Assembly: GCA_963849325.1 (NCBI GenBank)
Contig: CAWKHF010000002.1
Location: 640,001 to 704,000, forward strand
Reading direction: 5' to 3'
DNA: 64,000 nt
From: an uncultured Planctomycetota bacterium
GTDB lineage: Bacteria; Planctomycetota; Planctomycetia; Gemmatales; Gemmataceae
The position numbers and the translations under genes were made by a program. The notes beneath the pieces are model-generated. The model saw only the letters and a program-made list of their open reading frames with translations. It was not told where the DNA came from and did not search any database. Below are positions 43,488 to 63,800 of the stretch, piece after piece. How positions within the stretch are numbered: the stretch's first letter is position 1; each line of letters opens with the position of its first letter.

Positions 43488-44606
43488 GTGAATGCTGCGT
43501 TCTTGCTCGTTACAACGGCGTGGTTCGCCGGCGTCGAAATGGCGCCGGCAACCACGGCGGCGCCGGCCGCGACCGCCGCGGCGCCGGCGGCCGCACCGCT
43601 CGGCGGTGCGTGTTGCGGCGGTGGTGGCTACGGCGGCGGCTGCGGCTGTTGCCCGGTCATCGAGTGCTGCTGCCAGAAACCCAGTTGCATGCAGCGCATG
43701 AAGGCGAAATTCCAGAAGAATAGCTGCTGCGAGTGCTGCACTCCCTGCTGCAACACCTGCAACACCTGCGCGACGACCTCGTGCTGCAACACCTGCGCCG
43801 ACCTGCTGCAACACCTGCGCACCGACCTGCTGCAACACCTGCGCCGACCTGCTGCAACACCTGCGCCGACCTGCTGCAACACCTGCGCACCGACCTGCTG
43901 CAACACCGGCTGCAACACCGGTTGCTGTGGCGGCAACTACGTCGCCAGCAGCTGTGGCAGCTGTGGCGCCTGCTGCGAGCCGTGCTGCTGTCAGCAGAAG
44001 CAGGGCTGCCTCGCCCGCATGAAGGCCAAGCGGCAGCAGAAGAATTGCTGCAACACCTGCTGCGAGCCGGTCTGCGGCTGCGGCACGGGTTGCGGCGCGT
44101 CCGTCGGCGCGGGCTGCTGCGGCGCCGGCGTCGGTGGCGCCGTGCCCGGCACCATGCCGCCGGCCGGTGAGCCGATCAAGCTGCCCAAGGATGCCAACCC
44201 CGGCCAGAAGCTGCCCTCCGGCAAGGTCCAGGGTCCGGCCGCTGGCGTGGAAGTCACCCCGACCAGCTCCAACGGGATCGAAACGGAGACCAAAAACCCT
44301 TTTGAACTTGACCGTCGGTATGAAACGCGCGTGGGTCGCGCCGCGGATTACGGCTGGGTGACGGGGCAGCTGTTCTACGTGCATGCCGACGGTGGTCTCT
44401 GGGTTCTCCGTTATGCTCCGCTGTGGAAGGAAGATCCCAACGGCGGCAGCGTGGTCCTGGCTCGTGATCGGCAGATGGACAGCTATCGCGAGGGCGACCT
44501 CGTGACCGTCCACGGCGAGATCCTCAAGCAGAAGGGGTCGATTTTCCTGGGTGGACCTCTGTACCGCACGCAATCGATCGAACTGGTCGATCGCTCGGCA
44601 CGATAA
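43488..44606 (+). CDS. Exported cysteine-rich protein with TCCNTCAP repeats and the same C-terminal domain as 42467..43135
   Basis: GGAGG RBS before GTG; hydrophobic N-terminus; dozens of Cys; ADYGWVTGQL...WVLRY...DPNGGSVVL...VTVHG. Confidence 0.78.
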   Translation: MNAAFLLVTTAWFAGVEMAPATTAAPAATAAAPAAAPLGGACCGGGGYGGGCGCCPVIECCCQKPSCMQRMKAKFQKNSCCECCTPCCNTCNTCATTSCCNTCADLLQHLRTDLLQHLRRPAATPAPTCCNTCAPTCCNTGCNTGCCGGNYVASSCGSCGACCEPCCCQQKQGCLARMKAKRQQKNCCNTCCEPVCGCGTGCGASVGAGCCGAGVGGAVPGTMPPAGEPIKLPKDANPGQKLPSGKVQGPAAGVEVTPTSSNGIETETKNPFELDRRYETRVGRAADYGWVTGQLFYVHADGGLWVLRYAPLWKEDPNGGSVVLARDRQMDSYREGDLVTVHGEILKQKGSIFLGGPLYRTQSIELVDRSAR

Positions 44607-44637
44607 ACCGCTCCCCCTTCCGCGCAACACTCCTCCG

Positions 44638-44670
44638 GCCCCGTGACACCCCAACGTCACGGGGCATTTT
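44638..44670 (+). terminator. Intrinsic terminator-like hairpin
   Basis: gccccgtgac...gtcacggggc then atttt. Confidence 0.6.
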
Positions 44671-44687
44671 CATTCACGAGGCCAAAA

Positions 44688-44754
44688 GTTTAGCCGCGAC
44701 GCGCAGCGGAGCGCGGGCGTCTCGCCCGCGCTCCGCTGCGCGTCGCGGCTAAAC
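44688..44754. repeat. REP-like palindrome, family B
   Basis: Near-identical to 30872-30938. Confidence 0.9.
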
Positions 44755-44786
44755 GAAGGGAATGGTGCCAACCGCAAGCGGCGCTG

Positions 44787-46797
44787 TCAGTGCGACGACT
44801 TTTCGGGGGCGTCCGAGTAGATGCGCGTCGCTTCCATCTTGATGACCGGCTCGGTCAGGTTGGCGCTGGTCATCTGGATCTTGAAGCGGACGGTGCCCGG
44901 CTCGACAGCCTTGACGTTGATGCGGAAGATGGCGTCGGCCTTGGGAGCCAGCTTCTCGATCGGCTCGAAGACGATCGTGCGACCCTCCTCGTGGAAACGC
45001 GCCGGACCCGTAGCACTTTTGAACTCCATCTTGTCCGGTACGGTCGCCACCAGCTTGATGTCGGTCTCGACCTTGGAGCCGGTGTTGGTGACGCGCACCT
45101 CGTAGGCCGTCTCGCTGTTGACCTCGATGGGGTCGTCGGTATCGACCATTTCGAGCATGAGCGCGGACAGCCCCTCGACGCGCGTGGTGAACTCGGCATC
45201 GGCACACAGGCCGCGGGCGGCGACGGCACTGGCGCGGTGCTTGAATTCACCGGGGTTGATGGCCTGGACCTCGAGCTTGACCTCGTGGGTCTGTCCCGGC
45301 CCGACCTCCGGGAGCGTCCACGACACCGTTCGCGTCGAGAAGTCGTGCCGGCCGCCGTCGCTGGCGGCGAGGACTTTGAAGCCCTCCGGCACCAGGTCGC
45401 TGACGATGACGTTGCTGGCCGGCGCGTCGCCGGGGTTACTGACCTTGAAGGTGTACAGCGCCTTGCGGCCGAGGTAGCGCAGGCCCGGCCCGCTCATCTG
45501 CATCTCCAGCTTCGGCATGGTGACGCGGACGTTGGCGGTGTGGCGGGCGTGCAGACCGCCCTCGGCCTCGGCGGTCGCCTCGCACTTCTCGGCGCCGCCC
45601 ATCTTGGTGGCGCACATGACCGTGACGCTGCGCGTCTCGCCGGCCGCCAGGCTGCCGATGTCGAAGTCCAGCCGCGTGCCGCGGGCGTTCTCCAGCCCCT
45701 CGGACAGGGCGGCGTGCAGCTTGACGCGGTCGGCCGGGCCGTCGCCGGGGTTGGACACGGTCAACGTGAAGGTGGCCGTGTCGCCGGCCATGACCTTCTG
45801 CGGACAGTGGGCCTTGAGCGACAGCTTCGGTTCCAGCAGCTTGATGCGCGTGACCGACGAGCCGGTGAACGTGACCCAGGCTTGCGGCGAGACCTCGCCC
45901 CGCTGCTCGGCGAACAGCCGCATTTGCAGGTTCTTTTCCTGCTTGGCTTGCAAGGTGCCCAGTTCCCAGACGAGAACGTTGTTCTCGTTGACCGCCTTGG
46001 GATCGGTGTCCACGCAGCTCGAGTCCGGCCGGCATGCGGATGCGAACGAGGACCTGCTGCACGGGGATGTTGCAGGCGTTGCGCACGATCAGCGTGTAGC
46101 TGGTCGCCTGGCCGACCTTGGCCGTCGCGGCGCCGACCCATTCGAGGCTGACCGCCGGCTCCTGCCGGCCGGTCGTGTTCTCGGGCGTGACCGACACTTC
46201 CGTCGCCGGTTCGCCTTCCGTCGCCTTCGAGCCGACGGTCTTGTCCTCAGGCATTTCGGCCGGCTCCGAACCGGACAGGGTAGGCAGCGGACGGCCGGCC
46301 AGCGACGGATGAAGTGATCGCGGCGGCGCGGCGGTCGGCCGAACCGGCGGCTTCGACGGCGGCTCACTCACGAGTTCCGGCTCGATCAGGCCCGGCTGGC
46401 CGGACACCACCCGCGGAGTCGTCGGAGGCGCGGCGACGAGCGTTGCGTCCGCCGGTCCCTGCGAAAGGCGCGGACCGATCGGCATGATGGAAGGAGTCTT
46501 GGACGCCGGTGGGATCGGCACGATCTCGGACGGGACCGGGGGCGGGGCGATCTCCACGCCGGAAGGCGGTTCGGACAGGAGTTCGGGGCCGGCTGCCGTG
46601 AGACTGAGGGTCTCCGACCTGACCGCCGGGACGACGGAGGGAGCGGAACTCCCGGCCGTCGCCCCTCCGGATGCTTCGACGGTCGGTTCAATCGTGGGCG
46701 TGGATTTCGAACTAGGCCGGGCCCACGCCAGGGCGGCCCATCCGATCAGGCAGGCGCCCAGCACGACGGCCCCGCCAATGGCGACAAGACGATTCAT
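44787..46797 (-). CDS. DUF11-repeat (OmcB-like) exported protein (frameshifted)
   Basis: Signal peptide, Pro-rich linker, four modules ([34 protein letters not shown]), DTDDPIEV. Confidence 0.82.
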
Positions 46798-46886
46798 CTG
46801 CGTACCTCCCCCGCTTGGGATAAACAGCCTTCCCCCGATATGCTCGCGCCCCCCGCTCCGGGGGTACAGTCTTTTAGGAGGGCGGC

Positions 46887-46914
46887 ACTATAGCGACGGA
46901 TTTTTTTCCGTCAA
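46887..46914 (-). promoter_or_regulatory. Sigma70-type promoter of the DUF11 gene, overlapped by an inverted repeat
   Basis: Minus strand TTGACG, 16 bp, TATAGT; gacgga...tccgtc inverted repeat at 46895-46912. Confidence 0.55.
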
Positions 46915-47036
46915 GACGGATTTGCGTGACACCAAGACAAGGCGCACCCTTCCACCGATTTCCGTTGAGTCGGCGCCGCCGCCCCTCTACACTGTGCGGA
47001 AATCCCCAACCGCCCGACCATCAGGAGAACGACACC

Positions 47037-48466
<1,430 letters not shown>

Positions 48467-48469
48467 CTG

Positions 48470-48544
48470 TCCGAGCCTGAAGCGTAAGCGAAGAAAACGA
48501 CAACCTTCGGTTGTCGTTTTCTTCGCTTACGCTTCAGGCTCGGA
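48470..48544. repeat. REP-like perfect palindrome, family A, between convergent genes
   Basis: 36-bp stem tccgagcctgaagcgtaagcgaagaaaacgacaacc with ttc loop. Confidence 0.92.
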
Positions 48545-48547
48545 TCA

Positions 48548-51500
48548 CTAGTTATTCGAGGGCCGTTTGCCGACGAGGAGGCCGGTCTGCATCTGGGCCA
48601 TGGCAGCGGTCGAGGCGAACACGCGGTCGGTCGGGAGTGTCGTCCCAAGGGAGATGGATGACGAGACGGAGGACACGGAGGCGGTCTGCGCCGAGCTGGT
48701 CTGGACGGCGGGCGTGAGGGTGAGGGACCAGTTGAGCAGGGTGCCGCTGTGCGTACCGCTATCCTTAATCATCAGCCGCCAGCTACCGCCGGCGTTGAGG
48801 CCATTAAGCTGGCTCAGCGACGACTCGGGCAGATAGGTGCCCGTAAACGGCACCTGGCCGGCGCTGATGGCGGTGCTGGCCTGACTGGAAAAGACCGTGT
48901 TCTGAAAGTTGCCTCCGCTGCCGCCGCGATTATTGACCAGCGCGATGGTCTTGCCGTTGGGGGCGACCAGATAAACGTACAGCTCGCCGTCGGCGGGATA
49001 GTTGATGTTGAGGCTGACCTGCACGCCGCCGACGGTCATGCCCGCTGGCACGGTGATCGCGGATGCGGTTAGACTTTGGGGATTGATCGCCGACGCGGTG
49101 CTGTTGTCGTAGGTCTGCGCTCCCGGACTTGGCGTCGGCGTGGGGGTTGGTGTTGGGGTCGGCGTGGGCGTCGGTGTGGGAATCGGCGTGGGCGTATCGG
49201 CGGGACTACCGCTGGCGGGCGTGAGGGTGAGGGACCAGTTGAGCAGGGTGCCGCTGTGCGTACCGCTATCCTTAATCATCAGCCGCCAGCTACCGCCGGC
49301 GTTGAGGCCATTAAGCTGGCTCAGCGACGACTCGGGCAGATAGGTGCCCGTAAACGGCACCTGGCCGGCGCTGATGGCGGTGCTGGCCTGACTGGAAAAG
49401 ACCGTGTTCTGAAAGTTGCTTCCGCTGCCGCCGCGATTATTGACCAGCGCGATGGTCTTGCCGTTGGGAGCGACCAGATAAACGTACAGCTCGCCATCGG
49501 CGGGATAGTTGATGTTGAGGCTGACCTGCACGCCGCCGAGGGTCATGCCCGACGGCACGGTGATCGCGGACGCGGTTAGGCTTTGGGCGTTGATCGCCGA
49601 CGCCGTGCTGTTGCTGTACGTCTGCGATCCCTGGGTCGGCGTCGGCGTGGGTGTCGGCGTGGGTGTGGGTGTGGGTGTGGGAGTAGGTGTAGGGGTGGGG
49701 GTCGGGGTCGGCGTGGGCGTGACGGTAGGAGGACCGCTGGCGGGCGTGAGAGTGAGGGACCAATTGAGCAGGGTGCCGCTGTGGCCGCCGACGTCCTGGA
49801 CGGTCAGCTTCCAGGTGCCGCCGGCGCTCTGTCCGTTGAACGCATTGAGGTTGCCGTCGGGACTGAAGGTGCCGGCATAAGGACGCTGCCCTGGGCGATA
49901 GGAGTGGTAGCCTGGCCGCTGAGGACGGTATTCTGGAAGTTGGCCCCAATGCCGCCGCGACGGCTGACCAACTGCACCGTCGTGCCGTTGGGGCTGGTCA
50001 GATTGAGGTACAGGTCGCCGTCGTCGGGATAGTTGATGTTGACGCTGACCTGCACACCACCGAGGGTCATGCCCGCCGGCACGGTGATCGTGGACGTGGT
50101 CGTGCTCTGCGCGTTGATCGACGATGCCGAATTGTTGCTGTACGTCTGCACGCCCTGGAGCGCGATCGTTCCGGTGTAGGGCGACATCGTGTTCCCCATC
50201 AGATCCTGCACGCCGGCGATCGAGAGCGTGTAATTCCCCAGCAGCGTCTGATTCGGGAAGATCAACGCCATCTGCGTGTCTCCCGAACCGTTGACCACCC
50301 GAACCGTCACGGGGATCGTGGAGCCATTCGGGCTCGTCAGCGTGACGGACTGGGCGGCGAAGGAGCTGACGTCGATCGGCTCGCTGAACGTCACCCACAG
50401 GCTGTTCATCGAGTCGGCGGTGGGGCCTTGGGGAGTGACGTTGGTGATGGCGGGGGTGCTGCGTTGGGACAGGGTCCAGCCGACGGCGGCGGCGACGTCG
50501 AGTCGGCCGCCGGTCGTCACCTTGCCTTGCAGACTCGGCAGCTTGTCCGTGGTGTCGAGCACCTGGTTGATGACCTGCGTGTAGCTCCAATCGGGGTGCT
50601 GGCCCCAGACCAGCGCCAGTGCCGCCGTGACCTGGGGGGTGGCCTGGGACGTACCGCTCATGGCCCCATATTGGCCGTTGGGCAGAGTGCTGTAGATGTT
50701 AACACCTGGGGCCGCCAAGGCGACGCTCTTGGGTCCGTAGTTGGAGAACGAGGCGAGCTGGTCGCTGCTGTCCGTGGCCGCCACGGTCACGACATTGTTG
50801 AGGCCGAGGCTGAGACTGGCCGGGTAGTCCGGCGTCGTGTCATCGTTGGCGCTCTCATTGCCGGCCGCCGCCACGAAGATTTGCCCATGCGTCTGCGCGT
50901 TCTGGATAGCGGTGGTGAGGATGCCGGCGTCGCTGGACGGCGCCCCTTCCCAGCTGTTGTTGCTGATCTTCGCCCCATGCTGCACGGCGTAGTTGAGACC
51001 CTGAATGAAGTCGCTGATGAGGCCGCTGCCGTTGCTGCCGATGAACTTGACCGGCATGATCTGCACGTTCCAATCGACGCCGGTCACGCCCGTGCCGTTG
51101 TTGCCGACGGCCCCGATAATGCCCGAGACGTTGGTGCCGTGCCCATTGTCGTCGAGGGGGTTGTCGCTGTTGCTGACGAAGTTCCAACCGAAGAAATCGT
51201 CGGGGTGGGCGGTGTCGCCGTCCGAAGTGCCGCCGCTCTGCCAACCGCCCTGGCTGAGGGGGCGGAGCAGGTCGCCGGCGTCGATACGACCATCGCTGTT
51301 GTTGTCCCAGACGAGTCCGGCGTTCACCGGATTATTGAGGTCGCGGAAGGTGATGATGCCCGGCGTCGCCGTCTGGATCTGCGACTTGTACACGATCTTG
51401 TCGTAGCCGCTGGTCGAACTGGACTTGGTGTACCAGAAGTTGGGGATCTCGGCCTGGTTGATCCAGATGTTGTCGTACAGGTCGGGGCTATCGTAATCGA

Positions 51501-52029
51501 TGCCGGTATCCATGACGGCGACGACGATGTTGGGACTGCCGGTGGTGACGTCCCAGGCCTGCTCGGCGTGGATGTCCGCCCCGGGCGTGCCGCCGCTCTG
51601 GCCGGTGTTGTGGAGGTTCCACTGCTGGCTCAGCAGGGGATCGTTGGGCACGGAGGACACCGTCAGATTGTAGTCTGGCTCGGCGTCGAGGACGCCGGAC
51701 TCGGACTGGTAGGCGGCCAGGGTCTGCGCCACGGTCATGCCGTTGGACAGGCTGACTTCGTACAGTCCCGGCACCAGGGGCAGCGCGTTGGCCAGGGTGG
51801 TGCCCGACACGAGGGCGGGTCCGCCGGGCACCCCCGGCGGCGTCTGAAACTGGACCAGGATGTCGGTGGAACTGTACTGACTGGAGTTGACCGACAAGCC
51901 GTTCAAGTCGAGTACCGTCGTCGGAGCGGCGGCGCTGAGCAGGGTGCGGTCCTCAAGGATTTCCAGGCCGAGAATGGGGCGGATCGGTCGGCGCGCTGAC
52001 CTCTCCCCTCGCTTCCGTGCTGCCGTCAT
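48548..52029 (-). CDS. S8 subtilase with three proprotein-convertase P domains and PT linkers (frameshifted)
   Basis: LEILEDRTLLS; VAVMDTGID, NGHGTNVSG, AAAGNE, SGTSQATP; three GxWxLxxxD...GTLLNWSLTL modules. Confidence 0.92.
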
Positions 52030-52525
52030 GGGGGCATCCTCGCGGGTGTTGGCGGAAACACAGGCAAATCCGCGCCGCCGGGACGAAGCGTCCCCGGCGC
52101 GACGCCCTCGGGGCGTGGGTTGGCGAACACAGCCTGGAAAAGCGTGAGAGAGGGCCGCGACAGGATGATCCGTGGACGGGAGGCTCGTCAGGGCGACCCA
52201 TCGCCAGACCGAGTGCGGCGCGGCGGAATCCGCTAGAGAGTAGGCCCGTTGCGAGGACGGGGCATGGCGGTGCAACTCACGCGGCGACTCCTCGGATAGA
52301 CGTAACAGCGATCCGCTCCGCCGGTCGTGGAAGGGAGCCGATGCGGAGCAGAACTCCTATCGACGGGACTTGCGCGGGGAATTGAGTCGCCGCGCGTTTT
52401 CTCCGTGCAAGCTGGGCGAACTTTGCGGATCGAGAGGACGGACGATTCGGAATAGGGAAACGTCGCGGCCTGTGCGGGACATGCCGGTCACTTTTTCGGG
52501 CCCGGAAGCGTAAGAATGAGCGAAC

Positions 52526-52599
52526 CGAACCGAGCCGCGACCGTAAGGGAGCGGTTGGAACTCTGAATACTCCGCTCCCTACGGTCGCGGCTCGGTTCG
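52526..52599. repeat. REP-like palindrome
   Basis: cgaaccgagccgcgaccgtaagggagcgg...ccgctccctacggtcgcggctcggttcg. Confidence 0.85.
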
Positions 52600-53374
52600 A
52601 TCCGCCGGCGGCGACGCGACGGCGGGGAAGGTGAGGGTGAAGGTGGTCCCTTCGCCGGGCCGGCTGGCGGCGGCGAGTTGGCCACCGCACTGCTTGACGG
52701 TCCCGTAGGCGGCGGCCAAGCCCATGCCTCCTCCGCCGCCGACGCGCGGCGGAGACGAGAACGGCTCGAACAGCTGGGCCAGTGCCGACTCGTCCATGCC
52801 GCCGCCGCTGTCGGACACCGTCAGGACGATAGCGAGACCGGACGACAGGTCCACCGCGTTCGGCGATTCGGCCGGAATGTTGGCCGTGGACAGCGTCGGC
52901 CTGTCCGCCCGAGGGCATGGCGTCGCGGGCATGGGTGGCAAGGTCGAGCAGCACCTGCTCGATGCCGTCGGCGTCCACCCGGATCGGTCGCAAGGACGGG
53001 TCGAGGTTCAGCCGCAGATCAATGGCCGGGCCGAGCAGGCGCTTGAAGACCTCGGTGCGATGGAGGACGACGTCGTTGAGGTCGAGAAGGACGGGGTGCA
53101 GCATTTGCTGGCCGCCGACGGCCAGCAGTTGACGGACCAGGGCCGCCAGCCGTTCGCTGGCCTGCTGGATCAGCGTCAGCGCTTCGTGATCGGGATCGTC
53201 CGGCCCATGGGCGTCGAGCAGGAGATGGGTATAACCCGTGATGACGGTGAGGAGGTTGTTAAAGTCGTGAGCCACGCCGCCGGCTAGCCGGCCAATCGCT
53301 TCCAGCTGCCGCGAACGGCGTCTCGGTTCTTCCTGGTCTCTGCGTTCGCTATCGAGGTCAAGGCTCGCCGGCAC
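52579..53374 (-). CDS. Stand-alone histidine kinase core (HisKA plus degenerate HATPase; frameshifted)
   Basis: LAGGVAHDFNNLLTVI H-box; QVLLDLATHARDAM; VSDSGGGMD; FEPF; GMGLA. Confidence 0.75.
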
Positions 53375-53748
53375 GGCATCTTCCTCGCGTGTCTTCGTTG
53401 ACCGCGCATCATCCCGGCCATAGAGAGCGAAACGACTCGCTCTTCAGTCTGACGGAACGAAGGGAGAAGGAACGGATCGTACGACGGACGAGTGTCCGTA
53501 ATTCACTTTTTATACACAAGCCCAGGCATTCGGCAAGAAAAAAACGCCCCCAAAAGGATAACGTCGCCCACCTTCAAGGACCGAAGAGTCCGCCTCTTCC
53601 GCTCGAACCGAACAAGAGATCGAGTCGCCAGAATCGTCGTAATCCTTAAATTCTCCGTATCTTAGGGATTGCCGTCGAGACGGGAAATCGCCGGTCCCTC
53701 CCCTTGCCGGCTCCAATAGCGTGCCAAACATATTTTGAAATCGTCCTG

Positions 53749-53777
53749 TTGACTCTGGCCTTCGGAGCGATTACTAT
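53749..53777 (+). promoter_or_regulatory. Sigma70-type promoter upstream of the adhesin genes
   Basis: TTGACT, 17 bp, TACTAT. Confidence 0.65.
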
Positions 53778-54076
53778 TTTAATTCGTACATTCCCTACAC
53801 TCCAGACGTGACGCCGCTGTCACCTGCAGCCGGAACAGAAACGTCAGGATGAAAAAGGGGCGAGCAACGGCCCAGCGGCGCCCTCCAAAAGTCCGTATCC
53901 GAAAGTGAAGTCCACGCGCGGAACCCGTGGACAGGCGCTCGCGGAGCGAGTGTTTTACCCCGTATTTCCCGGTAGTCCTTGATCCAGCTGATGGGGCGTT
54001 CCGCGACGCACCCGAGCCGTCTCCCATCGGCGCGTTATTCAGACCTTCATCGAGTCATCCTCACGAGTACTCCCCC

Positions 54077-60703
<6,627 letters not shown>

Positions 60704-60712
60704 CAAGGAAAG

Positions 60713-60770
60713 CCGAGCCGCGAGCGTTAGCGAGCGGGAGCAACACCGCTCGCTAACGCTCGCGGCTCGG
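60713..60770. repeat. REP-like palindrome between the adhesin paralogs
   Basis: ccgagccgcgagcgttagcgagcgg...ccgctcgctaacgctcgcggctcgg. Confidence 0.88.
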
Positions 60771-60824
60771 ACAGCAAACGTCCCACACGGTTTTTCATCG
60801 AGTCATCCTCACGAGTACTCCCCC

Positions 60825-63800
60825 ATGTCTCTCCTCCCCTTGCGCCAGTGGTTCAAGCGAGGCTCCGTCCGTCAGAGCGCCCAACGAAAGAGGACGCCTT
60901 TCCGCAAGTGCTTCCTGGAGGTCCTGGAAGACCGGACGTTGCTGACGGCGCAGCTCTACACGGTGACACTCGGGGGCGACGCCGGCGTCAACACGCAGGG
61001 CGTTAAGGACACGACCGCCACGAACTCCGGCGACCTGCGCTGGTGCATCAACCAGGCCGATCAATCGGCCAACGCCGGCAGCACCATCCAGTTCACCGGC
61101 GGGGCCGGCTCCAACATCACGTTGGGCGGCAAAGAGCTGGTCATCTCGCAAACCATGACCATCACGGGCCCCGGCTCCGCCAACCTGGCGGTCAGCGGCA
61201 ATAATCAGTCGCGCGTCTTCAACGTCACCAACCCGACGGCGTTCGTGACCATCTCCGGCATGACCATCACCAACGGCAATGCCGAGCCGGCGAGCGGCCT
61301 CACGGGCAACCAGGGCGGCGACATCTTCAACGGCGGCGAAAGCCTGACTCTCACCGACGATATCGTTCAGAGCGGCCTCGCCGCCGGGTTCACCAGTGGT
61401 CCCATTGGCCGCGGCGGCGGCATCTTCAACGACGACGACGGGCTGGCAACGGGCAACGCGCTGATCCTGCAAGGCACGATTGTCCAGAACAACTTGGCTC
61501 AAGGTAACAGCGGAAATGGTGCCGGGCTTGGGCAAGGCGGCGGCATTTACAATGACTTGGGTGCCAAAACCGTTGTAACCCTCACGACCGACAGCCAGGG
61601 AATCGCCAGTCAGGTAATCAACAACCGGGCCATTGGCAGCAACGGCGGCAACGGCATTCCCGCGCCGGGCGGCGCGGGCGGCACTCCCAGCGGATCCGGC
61701 CACGGCGGCAACGGCGGTAAGGGCGGCAGCGCCGGCAATGGCAGTCCGGGCGAGGGCGGCGGCGTCTACAACAGTGGCACCCTGATCATCGTCGGCGCCA
61801 GCACGGCGCCGATCGTCCTTTCCGGCGACTTGGCCCAGGGTGGTGTCGGCGGGAACGCCGGCAATGGCGGCAACGGCGGCAACGGCGTTGGCAAGTTCGA
61901 CGGTGGCGCCGGTGGCAACGGAGGCGATGCGGGCTTCGGCGGCTCCGCCCTCGGGGGAGGTATCTACAACGCGACCGGCGCCACGGTGCAGAGCTTCAGC
62001 TTCGCCACCTTTGCCAACAACACGGCCAAGGGCGGCGCCGCCGGCACGGCCGGCAACGGCGGTAACGGCGGCAATGACGGCGGCACGGGCAGCACCGGCA
62101 AGAACGGCACCGGCCACGGCGGCAGCGGCGGCACCGGCGGCAGCGGCGGCGCCGCCGCGGGTGGCGGCATTTACAGCATGGGTTCCCTGTTGGGTATCGG
62201 CCAAACCACTTTTTCTGGGAACGCAGTCGTGGGCGGCGCGGCCAGCATCGGCGGCACCGGCGGCAACGGCGGCAACGGCGCCAAGACCCTCCTCGCCGGC
62301 GCCGCCGGGAAGGACAAAGTCGGCGGGACTGGGGGGAGTGCCTGGGGCGGCGCCATCGCCAACCTGGCGGGCACGTCCCTTTCGATCAGCGCCAGCCAGT
62401 TCACCACAAACCAGGTGACCGGCGGCGCGGGCGCCGTCGGCGGCGCGGGCGGCGGAGGCGGCTCGGGCGCTGGCGACAGTGGCCCTGGCGCTTCCGGGGC
62501 CGTCGGCGGTACCGCCGGGGCCGGCGGCGACGCCATGGGCGGAGGGCTGTACAGCACGAGCGGCTCCGTCACCGTGGACGGTGTTCAATTCGCCCAGAAC
62601 CAGGCCGTCAGCGGCGCAGGCGCGACCGGCGGCGCCGGCGGCGCCGGCGGCAACAGCGGTACGAATACCTCCTCTCCCGCCCCCCTGAAGACCCAGTTTG
62701 GCGGCAATGGCGGCGCGGGCGGCATCGGCTCCGACGCCGGCACCGCCGCGGGCGGCGCCGTGTTCTTCAACCCGATCAGCCCCACCGACACGCTGACCGT
62801 CATCAACACCTCGGGGACCTCTTCCTTCACCAGCAACCAGGTCCGCACCGGGCCGGGCGGCAATGGCGGCCTGGGCGGTAATGGCGGCTTCGGCGAACGT
62901 GACGGCCATTCCACCCGATACTTCATCTCCATTGCCGGCGGCAGCGGCGGCGCCGGCGGCAACGCCAACAACGGCGTCGGCGGTGGCACCTTCGCCTATG
63001 GCGGCGCCATCTCCGTCATGGCCGGCAACGCGAACGTCTCCAACAGCGTCTTCGGCGGTTCCGCGTCCGGGGCCGGCAACCAGGTGATCGGCGGCGCGGG
63101 CGGCATCGGCGGCGCGGGCGGCATCGGCGGCGCGGGGGTGCATAACGCTTCCGAGGGCGCCGCCGGCGGCTTCGGCGGTCGAGGCGGCAACGGCACGACC
63201 GTCTACGGCGGTGCCCTCTCCCTCAGCGGCAACGCCCAGAACCTCACGCTCGCCGGCGACACCTTCACGGACAATGCCATTACCTCCGGCGCCGGCAACA
63301 CCGGCGGCGCGGGTGCCAACGGCGGACCCGGAACGGGTCAAATTGGCGGCATCGGCGGTAACGGCGGTGCCGGCGGCAACGGCGGTGCCGGCGTCCTGGG
63401 CGTGGCCGCCCAGGGCGGCGGCGTGTCGTATTACCTCCCTGCTGGCAGTGCCAACACGACGACACACACCATCACCATTTCTTCCACTCCGTTCAGCGGC
63501 AACCAGGTCACGGTCGGCGGCGGGGGGCATGGGGGGAAGGCCGCCCGGACCTTCTTTCTGGGCATTGGCGGCGCGGGCGGAAATGCCCAGGACGCCGGGG
63601 GAGGCGGCCTGGCTCTTTTCGATGGCGTGGGAACGCTGGCCTCAAGCCTGACGTCCAGCGCCGTCACGGGCAATCAGGTCCAGGGCGGCGCCGGCGGCAG
63701 CGGCTCCACGGGTAGCAGCACCACCCCCGCGATAGGCGGCAACGGCAGTTCGGTCCACGGCGGCGGACTCTACGCCTTCAATTCCAGCCTGAGTCTGACC

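Noticed and set aside
43790-43900. Frame-switching 22-bp units in the Cys-rich repeat as phase variation
   Set aside because: The three 22-bp units look like loss of one GC from gcgcgccg, a typical consensus error; the net -6 restores the frame. Cannot be supported without reads.
52060-52095. GGCAAA...GGACG..AAGC resembling a c-di-GMP-I riboswitch
   Set aside because: It is on the opposite strand to the downstream subtilase gene and lacks the GNRA-capped P2 and P3 stems.
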